64,000 nucleotides of DNA. Source: Candidatus Hadarchaeota archaeon (lineage in GTDB: Archaea; Hadarchaeota; Hadarchaeia; Hadarchaeales; JAGGTB01). A model generated the notes under the pieces. That model had not been told where the DNA came from and did no database searches. It was given only the letters and a program-made list of their open reading frames with translations. Below are positions 19,345 to 27,570 of this stretch, piece after piece. The stretch's first letter is position 1, and every line of letters begins with the position of its first letter. The DNA lies in assembly GCA_964384105.1 (NCBI GenBank), contig CAYLJV010000003.1:96001-160000 (forward strand), in the 5' to 3' direction. The translations under genes were made by a program, and so were the position numbers.

Positions 19345-20298
19345 TCAATACACTTCTACCTCTTCATCGAGCTCTTCAGCTAGTTCTTTGTACCTGTTTC
19401 TAACCGTGACTTCGGTAACGTCTGCAACTTCTGCCACTTCTCTCTGGGTTCTCCTTTCACCACATTTCAGCGCGGCTATGTAGAGTGCTGCTGCAGCTGT
19501 TCCAGAAGGAGTTTTGCCCGATGTCAATTTTTCTTCTTGTGCCTTCCGAATTATCTTCATAGCTTCAACCCTGGCTTCATCTGATATATTCAGCTCGCTT
19601 CCGAACCTGGCTACATACCTGCTTGAGTCCGTGGGGGGAAGATCAATGTCTAATTTTCTTGCAATAAATCGATAGGTGCGTCCTATCTCTTTTTTATCCA
19701 CTCGGCTAACTTCAGTTACCTCTTCGAGAGTTCTGGGCATTTGAGCTTCCCGACAGGCTGCGTAGAGAGTAGCTGAGACCACTCCCTCTATCGAACGGCC
19801 TCTAATTAAATCAGCGTATAAAGCTTCCCGATATATTTTGGAAGTATTTTCTCTCACGTTTCTCGGTAAACCAAGCTGAGAGGCCATCCGATCCATCTCA
19901 GAAAGGGCGAAAGCTAGGTTACGGTCCTTGGCACCTGAAACCCTAATACGTTTTTGCCATTTTCTAAGACGGTACATTTTATAGCGTTTTCCTGGAGACA
20001 GGGTCTTTCCTCGACTGTCTCTATTGCTCCAATCGATTTGGGTTGAGAGCCCCTTATCGTGAATAGTGTACGTCATTGGAGAGCCTCCCCGACTGCGCTC
20101 TTCTCTTTGCTCTTGACTGAAAGACCTCCACTCAGGCCCCCTATCCTTAATATCTTCCTTTATAACAAGGCCGCAGCTCCTGCAAACAATCGTATTCTGT
20201 TGATAATCCCTGACAGTAACACTATTCCCACAATTAGGACAATGAAACTCTGAACTTCTGTTCTTCACTTTCTTAGAGGAATAAGTATCGGTCAACAA
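19345..20298 (-). CDS. tfb: Transcription initiation factor B paralog 1
   Basis: CPNC/CRSC ribbon, [26 protein letters not shown]. Confidence 0.96.
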   Translation of the reverse strand: MLTDTYSSKKVKNRSSEFHCPNCGNSVTVRDYQQNTIVCRSCGLVIKEDIKDRGPEWRSFSQEQREERSRGGSPMTYTIHDKGLSTQIDWSNRDSRGKTLSPGKRYKMYRLRKWQKRIRVSGAKDRNLAFALSEMDRMASQLGLPRNVRENTSKIYREALYADLIRGRSIEGVVSATLYAACREAQMPRTLEEVTEVSRVDKKEIGRTYRFIARKLDIDLPPTDSSRYVARFGSELNISDEARVEAMKIIRKAQEEKLTSGKTPSGTAAAALYIAALKCGERRTQREVAEVADVTEVTVRNRYKELAEELDEEVEVY

Positions 20299-20409
20299 TA
20301 TTCTCTATCCTGATCATTCCTGTTAGTTTTTCCTGAAAGAACAAATTTTCAATTGGTTCCAAAAGGATTGTCCGTTAATTCTGCACTATATTCCGGCTTC
20401 TTTAGCATA

Positions 20410-20487
20410 CTACTCCTCTAAGTTTCTCTCGATCCACCTTACCTTCTCATCAGCAGTCATACTACTCCAGTTATCTGGAACTTTCAT
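20410..20487 (-). CDS. Possible 25-aa peptide (MKVPDNWSSMTADEKVRWIERNLEE) upstream of tfb
   Basis: GAGGA SD and protein-like composition only. Confidence 0.4.
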   Translation of the reverse strand: MKVPDNWSSMTADEKVRWIERNLEE

Positions 20488-20581
20488 AATTCCTCATCTA
20501 TTCAGTTATCTCAAAGTAATCAACTATCTTGTTTATGGGTAGAGTGGTCACTGGAAGTGAACAGAAAATTGACAAATCATC

Positions 20582-20607
20582 TAAGCGGACTAAATGGTTT
20601 AATCAGG
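20582..20607 (+). repeat. 26-bp motif copy 1 (TAAGCGGAC-N5-RGKTTAATCAGG)
   Basis: Also at 20928-20953 and 25649-25674. Confidence 0.8.
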
Positions 20608-20927
20608 CCACCTCTTATCATAGGTGAGGTCTTGATTGAGTAATAATAAAAACACTTTACAAGGAGAACCAAGATAGAATTGTTTGTCCTGCCGGAAAGA
20701 TATCCAAAATATATCCTTAAGTCATCAAACCTCGGAAATTTTTTAAAGTGATGCCGAGGAATTTCAGTTCTCTTTGCTTTCAATTAGTTCAAGAAATCAC
20801 GAATCAACGGGGGATTGCCAGTCCCGGCAGGGCTTTTCCCTTTATATCAAGTATGTCTTTTTATGCAAAGTCGCAGGACTCTCAAGCTATTGTAATAATT
20901 TTGAATTAAATATCTCCTATATGAAGA

Positions 20928-20953
20928 TAAGCGGACAATTTAGGTTAATCAGG
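20928..20953 (+). repeat. 26-bp motif copy 2
   Basis: TAAGCGGACAATTTAGGTTAATCAGG. Confidence 0.8.
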
Positions 20954-21028
20954 CTAGCCAAGTAATTTGGTTATTGTCTGAAGAGGGGAGATTATAATGA
21001 AAAGAGTTAGACTACCAAGTAATTTCCC

Positions 21029-21094
21029 CATGGTAGAGCGTCGATACCGCTATACCCTCAATCTATGGCATGGTTGAGTCGAAACCCGCTAATA
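21029..21094 (+). repeat. Hairpin element copy B
   Basis: Near-identical to 26333-26399 apart from the first hairpin loop. Confidence 0.88.
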
Positions 21095-21116
21095 GTAGAG
21101 GCCCAATTGCGATTTT

Positions 21117-21230
21117 TTAAATTAACATCGCAGTAGAGTCCGACTCGGTCTGACAATTAAAACAACGGTCCCTGCCCTCTTCAATAGCTTCCTTACTCAA
21201 TTCTTTTCCACACTCTATGCACTTTTTCAT
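21117..21230 (-). CDS. 37-aa C4 zinc-finger microprotein 2 (MKKCIECGKELSKEAIEEGRDRCFNCQTESDSTAMLI), not in ORF track
   Basis: AAGGAGTGA SD, TATAAATAG upstream, paralog of 18883-18996. Confidence 0.85.
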   Translation of the reverse strand: MKKCIECGKELSKEAIEEGRDRCFNCQTESDSTAMLI

Positions 21231-21780
21231 TTTCAATTCACTCCTTGATCAGTCCCAGAGAAAGAAGTTCTATTTATAAATTATGAATATCTCTTTTCAA
21301 GTTATTTCAGTTATTTCTTCTATGAACTCTCCAGCAAGCTCGACTTTATTGCCAAAACTTCTTATTAACTGTTTGGATTTACTTTCAGAGAAAAAAGCTC
21401 CTTTTACTCGCAATACATACTTTAGTTACCAACCTCGTAAATTTTTATCCCAAAAAACCGGATTTTACTTGAATTAGCTTCCTAATTGAACGAAAAATCT
21501 GAAGGAATCAAACCCGGGTCTTTTACTTATAAATAAAACCCTTGAAGTCCCTTTTCTTTATAGATAATTGGGCTTACAGGGGATTTATCTCCGAATAAGA
21601 CAAGTTGTTTTACTATATAGATAGTTTTCTTCTGTTTTTATTCCTTAGAAAGGTAAAAAAGAAAGTAAAAGCATGAAGGTGGCCTTCACGAAATTCCGAG
21701 AGAAGTTGGAAAATCAAGATTGAAATCACGAACCGAAAAGCATTTAATTTCAAATTCTGAGTTCGGGAAGGTGAGTTTGA

Positions 21781-21997
21781 GGGGCCGGGATTGTTACCCT
21801 TTCGCGGGCAGGTTGAAAAGCAGCCGATCGGTAGCCGACCGAAGCAGAGCCTGCCGGCATCGCCCGACCCCTGTGCCCCATTCTCAGTAAAAACAAGGAG
21901 GTGAGAAACCCCGAAGGGACACCAAAACCGCCAGTGTTGAAAACTCGGTTCCTAAAGAGAAGAAGTTCACCGGCGGAATCGTAAAACACATGACAAT
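21781..21997 (+). ncRNA. Unrecognised structured ncRNA, copy 1
   Basis: GC-rich, multi-stem, covaries with copy 2; CGAAAAG-CATTTAAT promoter-like element at 21734. Confidence 0.75.
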
Positions 21998-22243
21998 TAA
22001 TGTTATTAAACGAGGAATTCTTTTTGGCTTACTCCCTCCCATATATAATTTAACAATATGTTAAAAATATTCCTATTTTCTGTAATTCTACCTTCACAAA
22101 ACTTTAGCATAAGTAAATAAAAAGAATAAGGAGAGGTCCCTTGGTTCTGAAGAAGGGTCAGGGAGTTCCTCCATTTTTTTACTTTCACCCAACTCAGACA
22201 ACCGCTTAACAGTACATAACCAAAGAGTTAAATCTATGATAAA

Positions 22244-22507
22244 TTGGGAAGGCCCATACCTACTTTCAGATATGTAATCGAGAAAGAGATAGAAAATTGG
22301 AAAGAGTTCAAGAGAGCTTTGAGTAGGAAAGACAAAGAGATTTTCAATAGGATCATGGAGTACTGTAGGAAACACATTCCAGCTTGTTCTCAGACCAACA
22401 ATCCAGAACCCTTTCGGCCTATGATTATTTCTATTATTCTAGAGCAACTAAAGAAATTGAATTTTCCTGAAGAAGCTATCTCGAAAATTCAAGAGTTGAT
22501 AGAATAG
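22244..22507 (+). CDS. Small helical protein of the family usually found beside PolB2 (arCOG07300-like)
   Basis: MGRPIPTFR..W..FKRAL..DKEIF..PF..MIISIILE pattern. Confidence 0.65.
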   Translation: MGRPIPTFRYVIEKEIENWKEFKRALSRKDKEIFNRIMEYCRKHIPACSQTNNPEPFRPMIISIILEQLKKLNFPEEAISKIQELIE

Positions 22508-22571
22508 AAAGAATAAATTCAAAAGGGCAGAAACTATTTTGGTTTTTTACTTCTGTTTTTCTTTAATTGAC

Positions 22572-23507
22572 TTAATATGTTTCCAATTCAATTTCGAGTT
22601 CTTTGGCCACATCCTTATACCTGTTCCTGACAGTGACCTCGGTCACCCCCGCCACCTCAGCAACAGATCTCTGGGTTACTCTCTCCCCACCTTTCAAGGC
22701 GGCTATGTAAAGACACGCAGCAGCCGTCCCACTGGGACTCTTGCCCGAAGTCAGTTTTTTCTCTTGGACTCTCTTAATCAAATACATAGCATTCGTTTGG
22801 ACTTCTCCAGAAATACCAAGCTCACTACCAAAACGAGTCACATAACTGGCCGGATCAGTCGGGGGAAGGTGGATATCTAACTTTCGTGTTAAAAACATGT
22901 AACTACTAGTGATCTTCTTCATCTTAACTCGGCTTACCTCTTCGATCTCCTCAAGAGTTCGAGGCATCTTTGCTTCACGACATGCTGCATAAAGTGTAGC
23001 TGATACGACACCTTCGATTGATCTACCACGAATCAAGCCCTTTTCAACAGCCTCTCTGTAAATTTTTGACGCGATCTCCTGCGTACTTCTCGGCAGACCC
23101 AGCTGAGATGTCATCCTACTCATCTCACCAAGTGCAATGATCAAATTTCTATCACCTGAACTAGCGATCCTGCTTCGATTATGCCACTTTCTCAGTCGGT
23201 ACATCTGCTGGGACTTTTTTGGAGACAGATTCTTACCCTTCGCATCTCTGTTCTTCCAGTCAATATTAGTGGAAAGTCCTTTATCGTGAATAGTGCCCGT
23301 TGAAGGAGGCCCGGATCTCTTTTTATTCTGATATTCTTTGGCACTGAAAGCTCGCCATTCTGGACCCCTGTCCTTAATACTCTCTTCTATGATCCTACCG
23401 CAATCAGCACATATTCTAACGTTTTGCTGATAATCCATAATCCTGGAGGTACTACCACAGTTCGGACATTTAGCGGATGCTTTCTCAGAACCCTTAATAG
23501 AACTCAC
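22572..23507 (-). CDS. tfb: Transcription initiation factor B paralog 2
   Basis: CPNC/CADC ribbon, [26 protein letters not shown]. Confidence 0.96.
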   Translation of the reverse strand: MSSIKGSEKASAKCPNCGSTSRIMDYQQNVRICADCGRIIEESIKDRGPEWRAFSAKEYQNKKRSGPPSTGTIHDKGLSTNIDWKNRDAKGKNLSPKKSQQMYRLRKWHNRSRIASSGDRNLIIALGEMSRMTSQLGLPRSTQEIASKIYREAVEKGLIRGRSIEGVVSATLYAACREAKMPRTLEEIEEVSRVKMKKITSSYMFLTRKLDIHLPPTDPASYVTRFGSELGISGEVQTNAMYLIKRVQEKKLTSGKSPSGTAAACLYIAALKGGERVTQRSVAEVAGVTEVTVRNRYKDVAKELEIELETY

Positions 23508-24026
23508 ATTATTACTCTTCTTCCCATCTACTAGTACTTTCCTCCGATTTTTCAGAATACGCTAAGGAGGAACTTAAGTAGTTCAAAAATGATTTTGAAA
23601 AGCCAGCCAAATATAAACTCTAACTCTACACCAAAAACACTTAAAAACTCGAAAACATCAAAAATACACTCAATCGATAAATAAATACCTAAAAAGTCTT
23701 AGAATTTTGTTCCAGACCATAAATATTCTTAAATAAGGTGACAGAACACCATATTTATTCTCATAGGGAATCCAGTTAACTCTTTCATAAAAGTTAAAAA
23801 TTAACTAATTGTTTTTCAATCAAAATATCAATTTTATCCATATAAAATTCATACCTATATCATCTTAGATGATATGGTAAAATCGGAATATTGATAGTTT
23901 TTAGTTTTTAGAAGTTTTTACTGAAATGAGAAATGAATAGTTTCTAAAGAGAAAGTAGATAAGAATTGAAAATGGTGGATAAGGTTTTAATTGTATCCAA
24001 GATTAGGAGGATTTGGAGGGGTTACA

Positions 24027-24242
24027 ATGAGCAAAACTAATCAATCAGTCACAGAAGAAGATGATGAGATTTTCAGCAATGAAAGATTTGCAGAAACAAC
24101 AATACAGAGGATAAGCAAGTATGTAAAAAATTACGGTGAGAAGGACAAGGAGGATATTTACAAGCTACTGAAACGGTGTTATGTGGCTCTGTGCCGATTG
24201 AGGAATTGGGAGCCACAAGATCTCGACAAATTCAGGGATTAA
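24027..24242 (+). CDS. Hypothetical protein
   Basis: ATG after GGAGGGG SD. Confidence 0.55.
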   Translation: MSKTNQSVTEEDDEIFSNERFAETTIQRISKYVKNYGEKDKEDIYKLLKRCYVALCRLRNWEPQDLDKFRD

Positions 24243-24346
24243 TGCATTATTTGGATGGTTATCTCCGATTTAACTTGAAAAATCCTAAATAAAAAATCGA
24301 AAAGTATTTTAATTCCAAAACAGTGATTTTGATAGATTGAAAATAA

Positions 24347-24563
24347 GGGGCCGGGATTGTTACCCTTTCGCGGGCAGGTTGTTGCCTATACCAGTTTAGG
24401 TCGGTCGCCAACCAACCACAGAGCCTACCGGAACGCCCGGCCCCAGAGCCCCCTTAAACCGAGCCAATGGGGAGGTGAGAAACTCCATAGGGGGACTCAT
24501 TCCGCCGGTGTTTGTAAATTCTGTCCTCAAGAGAAGAAAAGATACCGGCGGGAGCTTGATAAT
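24347..24563 (+). ncRNA. Unrecognised structured ncRNA, copy 2
   Basis: First 35 nt identical to copy 1; compensatory changes; CGAAAAG-TATTTTAAT at 24298. Confidence 0.75.
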
Positions 24564-24817
24564 GGAAATGTTAACTAAAGCATCTGAACTAGAAAGAAGC
24601 CTTTTCTTTAATCCACCCCCCCAATTGATTCATCGGAATTAAACTCCGTATGCAAAGACCCTTTGCCATCTGAATGTGTGCATTTAAATTTTACGAATTG
24701 TGTCGAAAGTTTTAGGGCAAGGATTTTGTTTGAAACTGTGGAGCTTATGGTTCACTTAAGGTAAATAATGAGGAGAGTTCAACAAATTTTCAGTTAAAAA
24801 CTCCTATTTTTTAGTTT

Positions 24818-25075
24818 CTAGCTACGAGGAAGCAAATTCCTCATCTGATGGTATTTTTCGAGAAATTTTGAGCCCTTTTCAGTTAAATCCCACTGTAAAG
24901 GCGAGTGGGCCCTTACTTCAACGAGACCATTTTTCCGTAGCTGTTCGAGATACTCATTGCATCTCTTAAAGTTCAAGTTTGCTTTATAAACAATATGGGT
25001 TTTTCGAGATTTATGTTTAACAGCTGTTAGAAGATCTGCATAAACATCGAATCTTGTTCTTCGGTCCCTACCCAT
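24818..25075 (-). CDS. Winged-helix transcription regulator (COG3432/HTH_45-like)
   Basis: RRTRFDVYADLL..KTHIVYKANLNF..LTEKG. Confidence 0.85.
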   Translation of the reverse strand: MGRDRRTRFDVYADLLTAVKHKSRKTHIVYKANLNFKRCNEYLEQLRKNGLVEVRAHSPLQWDLTEKGSKFLEKYHQMRNLLPRS

Positions 25076-25648
25076 AATACCCTAAGTTGTTCTTACCAAA
25101 CCACCTTACTTAAGGTTAGCTTACTACTAGTACAGAACATTATTCTTAGGAAGGGTAAAAAGCGAACTTTCTGTATTTTTTAACATAATGTTTGAAGAAA
25201 ATATTTGTTAGTGTCGGATTGAAAGTTTTAGGATAGAAAATAAAAAGAATAAAGGGGTATACGCCTTTTCCCTTTCTCTCTTAAACAATATGATTAGAAA
25301 AAATATAGTGGGTTTGTTTAATAATTATTTATATGGAATAATTTTGTGAAAAAAATAGAACTCTCTAAAACTAAACAGAGAGAAAATTGGAATAGGATCA
25401 GTAATGTGATAAAAATTAGTGCAGTTAGTTTTTTGCAACTGTCCCTACCATTTTCTATTTAATTTTCGTACAATTTACCTACTATTTTGAAGGCTCTGGA
25501 TTATCATACCATACAATAATCGTTGTAGTTGTTCCTTATTTCGGATTTTCACTACTTGCTTTAAAAAAACTGGAGACCACTAAAAAGCCTCACAGAAAAA
25601 TAGGCTATACTAAAGAGATCTGAAGGTTCCCAAATGAATTGGATCATG

Positions 25649-25674
25649 TAAGCGGACTGAATGGGTTAATCAGG
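25649..25674 (+). repeat. 26-bp motif copy 3
   Basis: TAAGCGGACTGAATGGGTTAATCAGG. Confidence 0.8.
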
Positions 25675-25784
25675 TTAGGTTATTTGAAACGGTAATTTAG
25701 TTATTAATAGATTTTCTTCGAGTTTGGCTCATAGAACCCTATAAGTTTTGAAACAAGACTTGTTTATTCTTATGTGAGTCCCTT

Positions 25785-26321
25785 ATGAAAAAGGATAGAA
25801 AATCAGATAGGAAGAAAAAGGTTGCTATCGGGATAATCATAATAATTTTAGTAGTGATAGTCGCATACCTATATTTCTCTGGAGGTTCTACCGAAGCAGA
25901 AGAGGTCAACAGTGTTGACATTGAAGTAGAAGGTGATACCAATCTTGGTTTCTCTGGAGAATACAGGATGAGGGCCAGAGGTTTGCAAAAAGAGAAACCA
26001 GACGTGAGGTTGGATATAACTTCTGGAAAACCCGCTATGACTATCTGGATCTACAATAGCGAGGAGGGCGAACTATATGGGTATAATTCTGATGACGACT
26101 ATTGGGTTAACCTTTCGGAAATGCCCGACTTAGAGTATCTACAAGAATTCGCAAAATCAATGAGAGACTACGTGAGTTCAGGAGAGGGTGACATGACAGT
26201 AGAATATCAAGGGTCGAAATATGAATTGAGAATTAATGAAGTAAACCCATCACTCCCCGACAGTCTATTCACTCCACCAGAAGATGCAAAAATGGAGAAC
26301 TTAGTTCCAAAGAATCTGTAA
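25785..26321 (+). CDS. Membrane-anchored extracellular protein
   Basis: Basic N-terminus plus TM helix; C-terminal LPDSLFTPP. Confidence 0.75.
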   Translation: MKKDRKSDRKKKVAIGIIIIILVVIVAYLYFSGGSTEAEEVNSVDIEVEGDTNLGFSGEYRMRARGLQKEKPDVRLDITSGKPAMTIWIYNSEEGELYGYNSDDDYWVNLSEMPDLEYLQEFAKSMRDYVSSGEGDMTVEYQGSKYELRINEVNPSLPDSLFTPPEDAKMENLVPKNL

Positions 26322-26332
26322 ATTCAAACTTA

Positions 26333-26399
26333 CATGATAGAGCGTATCTGACGCTATACCCTCAATCTATGGCATGGTTGAGGCCAAACCCGATTAATA
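26333..26399 (+). repeat. Hairpin element copy C, about 10 bp from integrase stop
   Basis: Matches 21029-21094. Confidence 0.88.
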
Positions 26400-26409
26400 C
26401 TTACCTTAA

Positions 26410-27438
26410 TCAGAGAATTTCAATTCCAACTTTATCATATATCTTCTTCAAGTGCTTTGGTGTTTGTCCATTGTAGTTTCTCAAGTCAATACTTCCGAAG
26501 TGCCCAAGTAACATTTCCTTAATGTCAGTTGATCCGCCTTTCCTATCCCATTCTTGTGAGAAGAACTTCCTGCAGTGCTTCAGTTTTAGGTCTGGTTTTT
26601 CATCCATCTTGTTTGTAATGAGATAGATAGCCTTGTGAATGAATGGTCTTTCAGGAAACATTCCCTTCAACTTCTTCAGTCTCTTCTGTGCCTTTTTGTT
26701 GAAAACTACAATTCTTTCTCCTTTGGTCTTGGTCTCCTCCGCTGGAAGATTGATAATCCTATCATCGAGATTAATATCCTCCCAGTCTAACCTGTAAACC
26801 TCCCAGGGCCTCATCCCAGTAACAGCAGAAAGGTGAACTGCAGTCTGTGCTCTGTAAACGTATTTGTGTTCAGTGCCCTCGTGATCTAATTCATCCATAA
26901 GATTGAGAATATCTTCCTTCTCCACTATCTTAGGCCTGTGTTTACTCAAATTGGGTTTCTTGATCTTCTCAATCCAGTAAACGTTCATCTCCTTGAAGAA
27001 CTGCTTGATTGCTTGAATGTCATCGGAGAGAGTTCTGTTAGAAACCTCATCTCTTCTCTCGTTAAGATAATCAGTCACATCATTGAGACTGCAGGACCAA
27101 TTCACGTGTTCTCCCAGTTTTTCTAATTTTCCCTTAACTGCATTTATTCTTAGAGAACTTCTACCAGCCGCTTTTAGTCTGTTACAAAACTCTTCTATAT
27201 CTTTCTTCGAAAATGAGACCTTGTGATTATTGCCTTTGTTTCCATTACCATTCGGATAACTTCCATTTTGTGGTTTGAAGTTGTGATTGTTTGCTACATT
27301 GGAGTCTATTTCCTCTAGAGTTATGATTCTTCTCTCCAGAGCTAATTCACAGGACTTAGATACATTAAGCCCCTCTTCCTCGGCCCTCTCAACTAAACTT
27401 TTGGATATTTGAACTGTAATTTTATCTTCTATATTCAT
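26410..27438 (-). CDS. Tyrosine recombinase/integrase with N-terminal CcdA-like RHH domain
   Basis: TGMR, TKTK, KHCR, LGH, RNY catalytic set; ATG 27438 likely start. Confidence 0.92.
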   Translation of the reverse strand: MNIEDKITVQISKSLVERAEEEGLNVSKSCELALERRIITLEEIDSNVANNHNFKPQNGSYPNGNGNKGNNHKVSFSKKDIEEFCNRLKAAGRSSLRINAVKGKLEKLGEHVNWSCSLNDVTDYLNERRDEVSNRTLSDDIQAIKQFFKEMNVYWIEKIKKPNLSKHRPKIVEKEDILNLMDELDHEGTEHKYVYRAQTAVHLSAVTGMRPWEVYRLDWEDINLDDRIINLPAEETKTKGERIVVFNKKAQKRLKKLKGMFPERPFIHKAIYLITNKMDEKPDLKLKHCRKFFSQEWDRKGGSTDIKEMLLGHFGSIDLRNYNGQTPKHLKKIYDKVGIEIL

Positions 27439-27440
27439 TT

Positions 27441-27495
27441 GATTCAGGGTGCAGTACACTCTAACTCGTACATAAAGGTCGCTCTGAGGAGGATC
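27441..27495 (+). repeat. 55-bp repeat, copy 2 (probably contains the integrase promoter on the minus strand)
   Basis: Matches 12004-12058; TTTATGTA on minus strand about 30 nt before ATG 27438. Confidence 0.85.
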
Positions 27496-27570
27496 AAGTT
27501 TAAAAAAGGAGTTTAAAAGTGAAATCACGTGTTTTTTTAGCTTATTACTTATATAACATTAACAATAGAT

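Noticed and set aside
21750-21989. Track ORF (minus, 79 aa) over ncRNA copy 1
   Set aside because: No counterpart in copy 2; explained by GC-rich structured RNA
21781-21997. Identification as HDV-like ribozyme, SRP RNA, tmRNA, or FMN/cobalamin riboswitch
   Set aside because: Only short motif resemblances; required helix order and core motifs are not present in both copies
24357-24578. Track ORF (plus, 73 aa) over ncRNA copy 2
   Set aside because: Same frame in copy 1 diverges and stops early
18823-26399. CRISPR array or canonical integron attC sites
   Set aside because: Spacing is kilobases, no cas genes, no attC consensus ends
27439-27528. N-terminal extension of the integrase in the ORF track
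   Set aside because: Falls in the duplicated promoter-like repeat; RHH homology begins at ATG 27438
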